Below, piece by piece: positions 1 to 9,604 of a stretch of 64,000 nucleotides of DNA. Under the pieces are notes generated by a model. That model saw nothing but the letters and a program-made list of their open reading frames with translations, was not told the DNA's origin and did not search any database. A program made the translations under genes and the position numbers. Within the stretch, counting starts at the first letter, position 1, and each line of letters opens with the position of its first letter. Origin of the DNA: Nanobdellota archaeon (GTDB lineage Archaea; Nanobdellota; Nanobdellia; Pacearchaeales; GW2011-AR1); contig JBBSXB010000001.1 of the NCBI GenBank assembly GCA_038046005.1, positions 64,001 through 128,000 of the forward strand, read 5' to 3'.

Positions 1-1
1 A

Positions 2-718
2 AGAGCCGCCCCAAATTATGAAGGCGTTAGTTTTTTTTATTATTTTTTTCAATTCTTTATTAGAAAATTCAACTTTTGCAATTGTCTCTATCACATCTGC
101 AGTTCCTGCTGCGCTTGTTATGGCCCTGGAAGAACTTTTTGGCATGATTAATCCTGCAGCGGCACAAATTGAGACAACTAGGGGGGTTGTCCTGTTGGCA
201 GGAATTCCACCTATGCAATGTTTATCAACAACAAGTTTGTTTCTTAAAGATAATTTTTCTCCAGTTTCTAAAATTGCTTTAATCAGATAAATTGTTTCCT
301 TAAAGGTCATTCCTTGTTTGTATACGGCAGAAACAAAAAGTGCTAATTCCGGGCCAGACAGAGAGTTATTAACAACATCTTCGATGATTTCTTTTATTTC
401 TTTTTGTGACAGCCTTCCCCGATTAAGTTTTTTCTTTATTAAATCTAAACTGTCTGGGGGTTCTGAAAGTGAAACAATTATTTTTTGGCCCTTTTTTAGA
501 TTAAGCATCTTTGCTATTTCTGAAGAAACTCCAATTTCTCCCTCCCTAATGAATTTTGAAGCTATGTCAACAATTGCAGAAAGTTCTTTAGAAGTAGATG
601 AAGACTTTAATGAAGCCCTTCCCCCTGGAGGCACACCTATTTTGTTCGCTGTTTTTTCATCAATAACCACAACAGGAAATCCAGTAGACCAGTTTAATAA
701 CTTAACTTTTAGTTCCAT
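2..718 (-). CDS. AMP phosphorylase (thymidine phosphorylase family), 5' part; runs off the window start
   Basis: Not in the ORF track. Manual translation from ATG at 718 gives MELKVKLLNWSTGFPVVV...VDKHCIGGIPANRTTPLVVSICAAAGLIMPKSSSRAITSAAGTADVIE, with the DKH-IGG and SSRAITS-AGTAD motifs of archaeal AMP phosphorylase. Confidence 0.92.
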   Translation of the reverse strand, partial: MELKVKLLNWSTGFPVVVIDEKTANKIGVPPGGRASLKSSSTSKELSAIVDIASKFIREGEIGVSSEIAKMLNLKKGQKIIVSLSEPPDSLDLIKKKLNRGRLSQKEIKEIIEDVVNNSLSGPELALFVSAVYKQGMTFKETIYLIKAILETGEKLSLRNKLVVDKHCIGGIPANRTTPLVVSICAAAGLIMPKSSSRAITSAAGTADVIETIAKVEFSNKELKKIIKKTNAFIIWGGS

Positions 719-772
719 CTCTTTTAAAATAAGTAATTTAAATAAAAAAAGAATATTTGTTTTTATATTTAT

Positions 773-1810
773 CTAATCTTTTTTTAGCAAGGTTGAATAA
801 AAATTTTTATGGCCCCCTCTAAGCACTTCAAGAATTATGAGTAAATAAGAAAGTATCAAGGGGCCTAACAAAAGCCCAAGGATGCCAAATACGAATATAC
901 CCCCAGTCATTCCAATTAAGATTATAGCAGAATGTATTTGTAATCTTCGTGAAACAAAAAATGATCTGTAAAAATGTTCAACATTTGAAGCAATTATTCC
1001 GAAAGCAAAAATTCCGAAAGCGTCAAAAGTACGATTGTTAATCAAGAGGTATATGACTACCGGAATCCAGACCAACATAGGTCCTAAGATAGGTAACACA
1101 CCAACAACTATTGCCACTACACTTAATAACAAAGCATTAGGGACACCAAATAAGAACAAACCACTGGACAGAACTACTCCTTGAATGAATCCTATAACAA
1201 TCTGCCCGTAAAGAAGGGAGGCAGTCATGTCCTTCGAATATCTAAATATTTTTTCCTCAACTTCTTTTGAAAACGGGGAAAGACTCTTTACAAACTCAAA
1301 AATTTTGTCTTTGTCTCTAAGAGCAAAATAAAAAGTGAATAACACCACTAAGATGTGAAGCAATATATTCGGCAGATTGAGAATAAAACTTGAAAAAGTA
1401 TTTAATACGGAGTTTGCCACTTTGGGAATAAAAGATTGTATTGTGCCGGCAACCTCAGAAGAAAATTGCTCTGAAGCAAAAAAAGAAGGGGAGATTTGTC
1501 TGAGCAATCCAACAAAATCCATATTTTGAGCGGAAACATAAAATTTGAATGATTGATTTATAAGTATTGGGGTAAAAAGCCAAATTGGGATAACAATCAG
1601 CAAAAGCAAGATAATAGTGACTATCGACGCTGAAAGGTTTGGCATTTTAAAGTGTTTCAAAAGAAATTTGTATATTGGATAAAATATGAACGCAAGAATA
1701 AATCCGATTATTATATCCATGATAATTGGCCTTACAACTATAAAAGAAAGAATCAAAAGTACCACTATAAGAATTATAGTTGAGGTTTTCCTAAATGAGT
1801 TATCTTCCAT
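773..1810 (-). CDS. AI-2E (PerM) family membrane transporter
   Basis: Multi-TM protein with LAFIFYP, FYFALRD and GIFVFGILGLLLGP motifs; probable start at MEDNSF (1810). Confidence 0.85.
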   Translation of the reverse strand: MEDNSFRKTSTIILIVVLLILSFIVVRPIIMDIIIGFILAFIFYPIYKFLLKHFKMPNLSASIVTIILLLLIVIPIWLFTPILINQSFKFYVSAQNMDFVGLLRQISPSFFASEQFSSEVAGTIQSFIPKVANSVLNTFSSFILNLPNILLHILVVLFTFYFALRDKDKIFEFVKSLSPFSKEVEEKIFRYSKDMTASLLYGQIVIGFIQGVVLSSGLFLFGVPNALLLSVVAIVVGVLPILGPMLVWIPVVIYLLINNRTFDAFGIFAFGIIASNVEHFYRSFFVSRRLQIHSAIILIGMTGGIFVFGILGLLLGPLILSYLLIILEVLRGGHKNFYSTLLKKD

Positions 1811-1872
1811 ATTATTATTACTAACTAGAAGTGCATGAAATTTATAAAGGTTTTTGAACAAAAATTTAGATA

Positions 1873-2580
1873 ATGAACTTCATAAAAAAGATATTTGATG
1901 GTAAAATTGATCAAAGTGTTCATCTTCAATTCCAGAAGTTTAGTAAAGGCGAGTTTAAGAGAAGAGCTTTAGTGAGAGTAAAAAATACCGGAGGAAAATT
2001 TAGCATTTCAACAAGCACAGAGTTTGCAAAAGAATTTATTAGAATATGTGCAGAAAAACTTGGGAACAATAGAACTGGTATTACTGGAATAATTGTCTCA
2101 ACCCTTGATCTTACCGGCCAACTAGAATTTAAAGATAAAAAGCAGTTTCAGGGCGTTAAAAAGTATATTATAGACAACGAAATGTCTGGAAAAGAGATTA
2201 TATCTTTATTAGAAAAGTTTCCAAAAGCTTTTTTTGCTTTAACTTTTAGCTTTGGGAATAATATTTTAAAAATAAAGCCGAAGCTTCCTAAATCTGGAAA
2301 ACCTGGATCAAAAGGAGAAGATGAAATAAAACCAGATTTTTGCAAACTTGTCACAGATGATAAAGCTTTAGGGGAAAGTTTTGTTTTTGAAAGCTCCGGG
2401 TTTAAAGAAGCAGCCATAGCCCATGATTTTGTTATAACTGGCATAGTAATTTCGCCTGAATTGAAAAAGAGCAATGATTTTGCAAAAATTAGGGAAGAAG
2501 CGAAAAGAAAGGGCAAGATTGTAAGGAAAGGCAAAATTGATGGAAAAGAATTTATAAGTGAAAAAGATTTTGAAGCTTAG
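1873..2580 (+). CDS. hypothetical protein
   Basis: 235-aa ORF with normal composition and an upstream TATA-like TTTATAAA; family not recognised. Confidence 0.75.
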   Translation: MNFIKKIFDGKIDQSVHLQFQKFSKGEFKRRALVRVKNTGGKFSISTSTEFAKEFIRICAEKLGNNRTGITGIIVSTLDLTGQLEFKDKKQFQGVKKYIIDNEMSGKEIISLLEKFPKAFFALTFSFGNNILKIKPKLPKSGKPGSKGEDEIKPDFCKLVTDDKALGESFVFESSGFKEAAIAHDFVITGIVISPELKKSNDFAKIREEAKRKGKIVRKGKIDGKEFISEKDFEA

Positions 2581-3038
2581 TGCCCCGTTGGTTTTCTGGA
2601 ACTACTACCTCTCCCATTACCTCTTTTGTGGCCGTTAGAGTAATCTATTCTCGTTGTTAATCCATTAGAACGCCCTTCTGTTTCTGAAATTATTCCATAA
2701 TCGCAAAGAACTTCCTCTAACCTCTTAGGGGAAAAACCGAGAATTTTGGCCGCCATTTTTTTATTTTGGCTAACCAAACTATAAATTTTCTTAACTGTAT
2801 CTTTCGGAGGTATTGAGAAACCTTTTCTGGTTGAATAATTATTTTCACTTCTTGCCAATCTAGCAAAAAAATCCTGAGGGATATATTCTTTATGTAAATG
2901 TTCATAAAGCCTGCTAGCTATCATAGGACTATTACCTGCAGCTAATAAAACAGCACGCATAGATGGTGAGTCGTATTTTGTTGAAACCATTAAAAGTCCC
3001 ATGAAATTTAGTTTAAAAATGTTATCCCCCTTCATCAT
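2577..3038 (-). CDS. hypothetical protein with a possible Fis-type HTH
   Basis: Segment SQNKKMAAKILGFSPKRLEEVL resembles the Fis/HTH_8 motif; true start is probably internal. Confidence 0.55.
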   Translation of the reverse strand: MMKGDNIFKLNFMGLLMVSTKYDSPSMRAVLLAAGNSPMIASRLYEHLHKEYIPQDFFARLARSENNYSTRKGFSIPPKDTVKKIYSLVSQNKKMAAKILGFSPKRLEEVLCDYGIISETEGRSNGLTTRIDYSNGHKRGNGRGSSSRKPTGH

Positions 3039-3120
3039 AAAAAGCTTTATAAATCAACTTTTTCTCAGTAATTTATCCAGGGTAGAATTAAAATGATTTC
3101 CGCATCAACAATAGTAAGAA

Positions 3121-4068
3121 ATGCCTACAAGAAAATCACCGAGAAAGGGAAGTTTACAATATTGGCCAAGAAAAAGGGCCAGTAAGTTTTTGCCTAGTGT
3201 CAACTGGAATTCTATAAGCACTGAATCTAAAGGCCTTAAGGGAATTATAGCTTACAAAGCTGGAATGATGTCTGCCCATGTAAAAGACAAGACCCCCGAC
3301 TCCATGACTAAGGGAAAAAAGATTGCTATTCCAGTGACAATTCTTGAATGCCCAAACAACAAAATATTTTCAGTAAGGTTTTACAAAAATGGGATAGTTG
3401 TGAAAGAAGTCCTGGCCGAGAATCTTGATAAAGAATTGTCTAAAAAAATAAAACTTCCCCATAAAAAGTCTGAGAAATTAGAAGATGTTAAGGAAAATGA
3501 ATATGACGACATTAGAGTTATAATTTATTCTGAGGCTAAAAAAACTGAGATAAAAAAAATTCCAGATTTAAGTGAGATTGGACTTTCTGGAGATGTGAAA
3601 GAAAAATTTGAATTTGTTAAAAACCATCTTGGAAAAGATATTTCTGTCGACGATGTTTTCAAAGCCGGAGAATTAATTGATGTTAGAGGTTTAACAAAGG
3701 GTAAAGGTCTTCAAGGGGCTGTGAGAAGATTTGGGATACAGCTTAAATCACATAAATCAGAAAAAGGAAGAAGAAGGGCTGGAAGCCTTGGACCTTGGCA
3801 TCCCGCAAGAGTAACTTTTAGAGTTCCACAAGCAGGACAATTGGGAATGTTTACAAGAGTCACATACAACAACAAAATTGTGAGTATCAAAAAAATGCAA
3901 GACAGCCCCATCAGAAATATTAAAAACTATGGAGATATAAAAACAAATTACATAGTTGTTTGTGGATCTATTCAAGGGCCATCAAAAAGACAGTTAATAA
4001 TTACAAAGCCTTTAAGACCAACCAGAAAACAAGTAAAAAAAGATTATGAGCTTATGGAGCTGTTATGA
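3121..4068 (+). CDS. rpl3: 50S ribosomal protein uL3
   Basis: PRKGSLQYWPRKRA, YKAGM, TKGKGLQG, GSLGPWHP motifs. Confidence 0.98.
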   Translation: MPTRKSPRKGSLQYWPRKRASKFLPSVNWNSISTESKGLKGIIAYKAGMMSAHVKDKTPDSMTKGKKIAIPVTILECPNNKIFSVRFYKNGIVVKEVLAENLDKELSKKIKLPHKKSEKLEDVKENEYDDIRVIIYSEAKKTEIKKIPDLSEIGLSGDVKEKFEFVKNHLGKDISVDDVFKAGELIDVRGLTKGKGLQGAVRRFGIQLKSHKSEKGRRRAGSLGPWHPARVTFRVPQAGQLGMFTRVTYNNKIVSIKKMQDSPIRNIKNYGDIKTNYIVVCGSIQGPSKRQLIITKPLRPTRKQVKKDYELMELL

Positions 4069-4895
4069 AATCAAACATTTTAGATATTGAGGGAAAGAAA
4101 GTAAAAGAAATAAACTTACCTAGTATTTTTTCTGCTCCAATAAGAGAAGACATTGTTGTTAAGGTATTAGAAGCAAAAAAGAGAAAACAGCCTTATGCTC
4201 CGTCACTTACGGGGGGAAAACATCACTCTGCCAGCGGAAAAATGAGGCATAGGAGACATGTTTGGCAAACTCATTACGGAAAAGGAATTTCCAGAATTCC
4301 TAGAAAGGTTATGTCGCGTAGGGGAACGCAATTCAACTGGGTAGGTGCTGAAGTTGCTTCTACAAGAGGAGGAAGAAGAGCTCACCCTCCAAAAGTCATA
4401 TCCATGTTCAGTATAAATAAAATAAACAAGAAAGAACTAAGGATTGCATTAATCTCGGCTTTAAGTGCTACTGCAAAAGCAGAAATTGTTGCATCAAAGT
4501 ACAAAAGATTAGAAGAAAATAAAATATCACATCTTCCGTTTATTGTCGAGGGAAAAATTGCTTCCCTTAAGACAAAAGAGCTTATTTCTTCTGTTAAAAA
4601 AATACTTGGAGATGATTTATTTGAAGTTGCATTAAAAATTAAAACTCAAAGAGCAGGGATAGGAAAAATGAGAGGAAGAAGGTACAAGAGCAATGCTGGT
4701 TTGTTGATTATTGTAGGAAATAATGAAGAGTTAAAAGCTAATGTTTTTGAAATAAAAAATTTAAACAGCTTAAGTGTGAATGATCTTGCTAAAGGGGGAT
4801 TGGGCAGACTTACGCTCTACACCGAACAAGCAATTAAAGAGATTGATAATAAATTGTCTAGTAAACAAAACATCCAATCACAGGAGAATAAATGA
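4065..4895 (+). CDS. rpl4: 50S ribosomal protein uL4
   Basis: GISRIPR, TRGGRRAHPPK, RAGIGKMRGRRY motifs; operon position. Confidence 0.97.
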   Translation: MKSNILDIEGKKVKEINLPSIFSAPIREDIVVKVLEAKKRKQPYAPSLTGGKHHSASGKMRHRRHVWQTHYGKGISRIPRKVMSRRGTQFNWVGAEVASTRGGRRAHPPKVISMFSINKINKKELRIALISALSATAKAEIVASKYKRLEENKISHLPFIVEGKIASLKTKELISSVKKILGDDLFEVALKIKTQRAGIGKMRGRRYKSNAGLLIIVGNNEELKANVFEIKNLNSLSVNDLAKGGLGRLTLYTEQAIKEIDNKLSSKQNIQSQENK

Positions 4896-5167
4896 AACAC
4901 GAACTAGTAGAAGATAAGGACATTATACAATTAAAACCAATAGTCACGGAAAAGGCAGTTATGTTGATTGAATCACAAAACGTGCTAACATTTAAGGTAG
5001 ACAAAAGAAAAACAAAAAAGGACATATCAAAAGAGATTGAAGAAGTTTTAGAAGTTGAGGTGGAAAAAATAAGAACGCATATAAAGAGAAACCACAAGTA
5101 TGCTTATGTCAAATTAAAACCAAAATTCCTAGCTATAGATGTAGCAACGAAGCTGGGGTTGATATAA
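4892..5167 (+). CDS. rpl23: 50S ribosomal protein uL23
   Basis: PIVTEKA...LTFKVD...AIDVATKLGLI. Confidence 0.96.
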   Translation: MKHELVEDKDIIQLKPIVTEKAVMLIESQNVLTFKVDKRKTKKDISKEIEEVLEVEVEKIRTHIKRNHKYAYVKLKPKFLAIDVATKLGLI

Positions 5168-5168
5168 T

Positions 5169-5864
5169 ATGGGAAAAAGAATAATTGTTCAAGCAAGAGG
5201 ACATGGAAGTAATAGTTATAGAGTTAGAAGAAACGCTTTCAAATATAGAATAAAATATCCTAAAAAGTTGGAAGGAGAAGGAGTTATAATAAAATTAGTA
5301 AATTCAACTGGTCACATGGCCCCATTGGCAAAAATTAAATCTAAGGATGAAATTTTTTTCATGCCGGCATTTAAAGGAATGATCGAAAATCAAAGTATCA
5401 AATTTGGGGGAAATGAAGTTAAAATTGGAAATGTAATGACGCTGAGGAATATTCCCGTAAAAACACAAATTTATAATATAGAATCAAGGCCTGGAGATGG
5501 GGGAGTTTTCATAAGAACAGCAGGAACATCGGCTGAAATCAGCAAAGTTGTTGGAGAAAATATTTTTGTTGTAATGCCTTCAAAAAAAGAACGTGTATTC
5601 CATGGAAATTGCAGAGCAACAATTGGATCAATCGCCGGTTCTGGAAGACTTGAAAAACCAATTGTAAAAGCTGGGAAGAATTTTTATATTCGAAAGTCAA
5701 GAAATAAATTGTGGCCTAGAACTTCTGCAGTCAAGATGAACGTCATAGATCATCCTTTCGGTTCTGGTAGAGGGAAAAGAATCAAAAGTAAGATTGCAAA
5801 GAGAAATGCCCCGCCTGGTGCAAAGGTTGGGTTAATAAGGCCTAGAAGAACAGGTAAGCCTTAA
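5169..5864 (+). CDS. rpl2: 50S ribosomal protein uL2
   Basis: MGKRIIVQARG, MNVIDHPFGSG, PPGAKVGLIRPRRTG. Confidence 0.98.
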   Translation: MGKRIIVQARGHGSNSYRVRRNAFKYRIKYPKKLEGEGVIIKLVNSTGHMAPLAKIKSKDEIFFMPAFKGMIENQSIKFGGNEVKIGNVMTLRNIPVKTQIYNIESRPGDGGVFIRTAGTSAEISKVVGENIFVVMPSKKERVFHGNCRATIGSIAGSGRLEKPIVKAGKNFYIRKSRNKLWPRTSAVKMNVIDHPFGSGRGKRIKSKIAKRNAPPGAKVGLIRPRRTGKP

Positions 5865-5871
5865 AATTAAA

Positions 5872-6255
5872 ATGAAAAATAAAGTAGAAAATAAAATCAA
5901 ACGAATTGTATCAAGAAGAGACATAGCAACTTTAACAGAAGGAGGTATTGTTTCAGTAAAATTAAAACACTTTTATCCAAGTGTTAGCATTTATACAACA
6001 ACAGAAGAAGGATTATTTATGGTTGCGGGGAATTACATGACAACTACAAAATTAATAGCCCCTTTAAGAAATAGTTTGTTCAATCCAGAAGGGAGAATAA
6101 TGGAACTCGTCGGTTTTACTAGAAATATGGAGTTTGAAAATGGGGCTTTGATTTTATATGATAAGGCTATAGGAAAAAAATGTTTGCTCCCAGAGAGTGG
6201 AACTCCTTACAATTATTATAAAGACAGATTATCAGTAGAGGGATTAATAAATTAA
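5872..6255 (+). CDS. hypothetical protein inserted between rpl2 and rps19
   Basis: 127-aa ORF filling the gap exactly, with TAAAATG coupling to rps19; no ribosomal-protein motif recognised. Confidence 0.7.
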   Translation: MKNKVENKIKRIVSRRDIATLTEGGIVSVKLKHFYPSVSIYTTTEEGLFMVAGNYMTTTKLIAPLRNSLFNPEGRIMELVGFTRNMEFENGALILYDKAIGKKCLLPESGTPYNYYKDRLSVEGLIN

Positions 6256-6256
6256 A

Positions 6257-6649
6257 ATGGACAAGAAAAAAGATTTCACATACAGGGGAAAAAATATTGA
6301 AGAATTAAAAAAGCTTGAAGTTAGAGAATTTGCAAAATATATTAAATCAAGAGCAAGAAGGGCTGTATTGAGAAATTTCCAGAGTATTGAAAAATTCCTA
6401 ATTCGAGCAAAAGAAAAAATTGAAAAAAATAAGCAGATTAAAACTCACTTAAGAGATTTAGTTATTGTTCCAGAGATGATTGGAATGAAAATTAATGTGT
6501 ACAATGGCCATAGTTTTATTCCTGTGGAAATAAGTGGAGAAATGCTTGGCCATAGGATGGGTGAATTTGCGCTTACTAGAGGAAAAGTAAAGCATGGTAG
6601 TGCTGGAATAGGTGCCACAAAAGGAAGTAAACACAAAGCTAAAAAGTAA
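6257..6649 (+). CDS. rps19: 30S ribosomal protein uS19
   Basis: FTYRGK, KTHLRD, MLGHRMGEFALTR. Confidence 0.97.
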   Translation: MDKKKDFTYRGKNIEELKKLEVREFAKYIKSRARRAVLRNFQSIEKFLIRAKEKIEKNKQIKTHLRDLVIVPEMIGMKINVYNGHSFIPVEISGEMLGHRMGEFALTRGKVKHGSAGIGATKGSKHKAKK

Positions 6650-6651
6650 AC

Positions 6652-7227
6652 ATGACAGAAAATAAAAAACAGACTAAAGAAGAAAAAGTAGATAACAAAG
6701 AATTAGAAAGCACCCCTAGTGAAAAACCCATCTCTAATGAAAGTGAAGTTAAGGAAGAGAAAAAAGAGATTAAAGAAAAACCAAAAAAGGAAATAAAAAA
6801 GAAAACAAGTGCCGTTGTTAATGGAATTAATCTTCACATGTCAACAAAACAAGCCGCTGCAATTTGCAGGTTCATTAAATGGAAAGAAATAAAAAAAGCT
6901 GTTCAAGAATTAAAGGAAGTTTCTCAATTGAGGAGGGCGATACCTATGAAAGGCGAAATACCACATAGGAAAAATATTGGTCCTGGAAGATATCCTCAAA
7001 AAGCGTCTAAGGCGTTTGTTGAATTGTTAAACACTCTTTCGGCAAACGCTGAAACTAATGGATTAGAAAATCCAATAATAGCTAAAGCTGTTGCTAACAT
7101 TGCATCAAGGCCTTATGGGAAATTTGGGGCTGTTAGGAAAAAAAGAAGTCATGTTGAAATAACTGCTATTGATAAAAAAGAAAAAACACATTCAGACAAA
7201 AAAGCAATGGAGGGTAAAAAAAACTGA
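6652..7227 (+). CDS. rpl22: 50S ribosomal protein uL22 with charged N-terminal extension
   Basis: GRYPQKAS, ANAETNGL, SHVEI motifs. Confidence 0.95.
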   Translation: MTENKKQTKEEKVDNKELESTPSEKPISNESEVKEEKKEIKEKPKKEIKKKTSAVVNGINLHMSTKQAAAICRFIKWKEIKKAVQELKEVSQLRRAIPMKGEIPHRKNIGPGRYPQKASKAFVELLNTLSANAETNGLENPIIAKAVANIASRPYGKFGAVRKKRSHVEITAIDKKEKTHSDKKAMEGKKN

Positions 7228-7268
7228 AATTCTTTTAGGATTTCATCAAATCCGTTCATCAACGGAGG
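7225..7268 (+). promoter_or_regulatory. two tandem hairpins in the rpl22-rps3 spacer; the second overlaps the Shine-Dalgarno
   Basis: TGAAATTC-TTTTA-GGATTTCA (7225-7245) and TCCGTT-CATC-AACGGA (7251-7266), overlapping GGAGG at 7264-7268. Confidence 0.55.
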
Positions 7269-7280
7269 TTAAAACATATA

Positions 7281-7949
7281 ATGGAAGAAAAAAAGATTAT
7301 TGATTTGAAAAAAGCAGAATTTGTTTTAAGAGAGTACATCAAAACTTCTCTAGGAAAAGGAAAAGTAAGCCGGGTAAAAATAGAGTATACTCCTGTTGGC
7401 GAAAAAATAATTATTTCAACAAATAAACCAGGATTAATAATCGGGAAGAGAGGAGAAAGAATTGATGAGTTGACCAGAACTGTAAAAACTAGATTCAAAT
7501 TAGAAAATCCACAGATAGAAATAGATGAAATAATGGACCCAGAGTTTGATGCACAAATTGTCGCTGATGAAATAGCTTTGGGTTTAGAAAGATTTGGCCC
7601 AATTAAGTTTAAAGTGATAGCATATAAATCACTTCAGAGAATAATGAACGCTGGGGCTCTTGGAACAGAAATAAGATTAAGTGGAAAACTCCCAGGTGCC
7701 AGAGCAAAAACTTGGAGATTTGCACAAGGATATCTCAAAAAAACAGGAGACAGTGCAAAGGTTGTAGACCGAGCCCAATCAAGAGCCGAACCTAAAACAG
7801 GCACAATTGGAATAAAAGTCAGCATTCTTTCACCATATGTTTTATTGAAAGACAGGATAAACGTCAATGAAGAACTTTTAAATAAATTAAGGGTGAATGA
7901 TGGTTTAATAGAAAGCAACAGCGGAGGAAAGAAAGTTAAGAAAAAATAA
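7281..7949 (+). CDS. rps3: 30S ribosomal protein uS3
   Basis: KH motif KPGLIIGKRG; EIRLSGKLPGARA. Confidence 0.97.
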   Translation: MEEKKIIDLKKAEFVLREYIKTSLGKGKVSRVKIEYTPVGEKIIISTNKPGLIIGKRGERIDELTRTVKTRFKLENPQIEIDEIMDPEFDAQIVADEIALGLERFGPIKFKVIAYKSLQRIMNAGALGTEIRLSGKLPGARAKTWRFAQGYLKKTGDSAKVVDRAQSRAEPKTGTIGIKVSILSPYVLLKDRINVNEELLNKLRVNDGLIESNSGGKKVKKK

Positions 7950-7950
7950 A

Positions 7951-8154
7951 ATGGCAATATTAAAATCAAAAGAAATAGCAAAAATGAAAAATGAAGAATT
8001 GAATAAAAAACTTAAAGAGCTTAAGTTGGAATTAATAAAAGCGAAGGCTGGGGCTTCTAAGGCTGGCACATCAAAGATTAAAGAAATTAAAAAGACTATG
8101 TCTAGGATATTAACAATCAACAAATCCAATGAGGAGGCGTTGAAACACAAATAA
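7951..8154 (+). CDS. rpl29: 50S ribosomal protein uL29
   Basis: Short basic helical protein ending IKEIKKTMSRILT; operon position. Confidence 0.93.
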   Translation: MAILKSKEIAKMKNEELNKKLKELKLELIKAKAGASKAGTSKIKEIKKTMSRILTINKSNEEALKHK

Positions 8155-8156
8155 CT

Positions 8157-8453
8157 ATGGAAATATGTCCAAAGTGTGGATTACCCAAAGAAGCCTGTGT
8201 ATGTGAACAGATAGCAAAAATTTCACAAAAGATAACTGTAACGACAGACAAGAAAACATACGGAAAGATAGTAACTGTCGTCACAGGGTTCGGCGATGGA
8301 GTGGATGTGAAAAAAACCGCAAAAGCTCTAAAAAACGAACTGGCTTGTGGAGGCACCTACAAAGATCGTATGATCGAGCTTCAAGGAGATCATACCAAAA
8401 GAATAAAAGGTGTCTTGGTCAAGTTGGGTTTTGATGAAGAATCCATAAATTAG
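8157..8453 (+). CDS. sui1: translation initiation factor SUI1/aIF1
   Basis: CPKCGLP, LKNELACGGT, IELQGDH. Confidence 0.95.
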   Translation: MEICPKCGLPKEACVCEQIAKISQKITVTTDKKTYGKIVTVVTGFGDGVDVKKTAKALKNELACGGTYKDRMIELQGDHTKRIKGVLVKLGFDEESIN

Positions 8454-8466
8454 AAATACGCGAAAA

Positions 8467-8859
8467 ATGACAAAGAAGGAAACCAAAGTAAAAGAAGAAG
8501 GAATGCTAAAAATAGCTGGTGCTTTATGCAGTGATAGGAACTGCCATGTCCATGGCGGATTAAAGACAAGAGGAAGAATCTTTGATGGATTGGTCATAAA
8601 AAAATTCCCGAAAAGAGTCGCAATAGAATTTGACAGGATGACATATGTAAAAAAATATGAAAGGTATAAAAAATCAAACACAAAGATTCATGCCAGGCTT
8701 CCTGACTGCATGAGTGACAAAATCAATGTTGGAGACTACATTAGGGTGCAGGAATGCAGACCTTTAAGTAAGATAATACACTTCGCGGTTTTAAACAAAA
8801 TCAAAAATAAAGAAGAAGCAACAAAGATTTTGAACAAACAGGAGACTAACTTAAAATGA
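8467..8859 (+). CDS. rps17: 30S ribosomal protein uS17
   Basis: CSDRNCHVHG, KKYERY, ECRPLSK. Confidence 0.96.
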   Translation: MTKKETKVKEEGMLKIAGALCSDRNCHVHGGLKTRGRIFDGLVIKKFPKRVAIEFDRMTYVKKYERYKKSNTKIHARLPDCMSDKINVGDYIRVQECRPLSKIIHFAVLNKIKNKEEATKILNKQETNLK

Positions 8860-9200
8860 AAAGAGCAATTATTTTAACAGGAAGAGAAGGAAACTCTGAG
8901 TTTTACAGTTTATTATTAGAACTAAATTCTAATGCTGTTTTTTACACTCATCGGTTTAAAGAAGGAAATCATCAAGCTTTTTTAGACGAAGTTGCTTCAG
9001 ATTTTGCAGAAAAAATTGCTGAATATAATAAATCTGGAATTTTAGAAGTAGGAAGATTAAATGGTTATAATATAATAGATGGAAAACCTATTGAGGTAGA
9101 TAAAATAGACACAACTTCGTTTGAAAGAAGATTAGAAAAATTGTTAAAAAATTTAAAGGGAGTAACTGCAGTAGAAAATATTGCAAGTTTAAACAACTAA
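8856..9200 (+). CDS. hypothetical protein inserted between rps17 and rpl14
   Basis: 114-aa ORF with ATGA overlap to rps17 and TAAAATG coupling to rpl14. Confidence 0.7.
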   Translation: MKRAIILTGREGNSEFYSLLLELNSNAVFYTHRFKEGNHQAFLDEVASDFAEKIAEYNKSGILEVGRLNGYNIIDGKPIEVDKIDTTSFERRLEKLLKNLKGVTAVENIASLNN

Positions 9201-9201
9201 A

Positions 9202-9603
9202 ATGAAAGCAATAAGTGCACGAGGAACAGAAGGAATGAATTTAGGAGCCTATGCCGTGGCTGCTGATAATAGCGGTGCTAAAATTGTAAAAATCGTCGGT
9301 GTTAAAGGAAGCAAGGCAAAAAAAGGAAAACAAACAGCTGCAAAAATAGCAGATTGGGTTAAGGTCAGCGTAAGAAAAGGTTTGCCAGATATGAGGGGAA
9401 AAGTATTTGATGCTGTTGTTGTAAGACAAAAAAAACCATATAGAAGGCTTAGCGGGGAAAGAATTGCTTTCGAAGATAATGCAGTCGCTATACTAAAAGA
9501 TGAAAAAGGAAATCCAAAAGGGACACAAATTAAAGGTCCAGTAGCAAGGGAGGTTATGGAGAGATGGCAGCAAGTTGCTAAAATCGCTTCACTAGTCTAT
9601 TAA
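9202..9603 (+). CDS. rpl14: 50S ribosomal protein uL14
   Basis: ADNSGAK, FEDNAVA, KGTQIKGPVARE. Confidence 0.98.
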   Translation: MKAISARGTEGMNLGAYAVAADNSGAKIVKIVGVKGSKAKKGKQTAAKIADWVKVSVRKGLPDMRGKVFDAVVVRQKKPYRRLSGERIAFEDNAVAILKDEKGNPKGTQIKGPVAREVMERWQQVAKIASLVY

Positions 9604-9604
9604 A

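Noticed and set aside
18-776. Plus-strand ORFs 18-290 and 318-776
   Set aside because: Antisense shadows of the minus-strand AMP phosphorylase.
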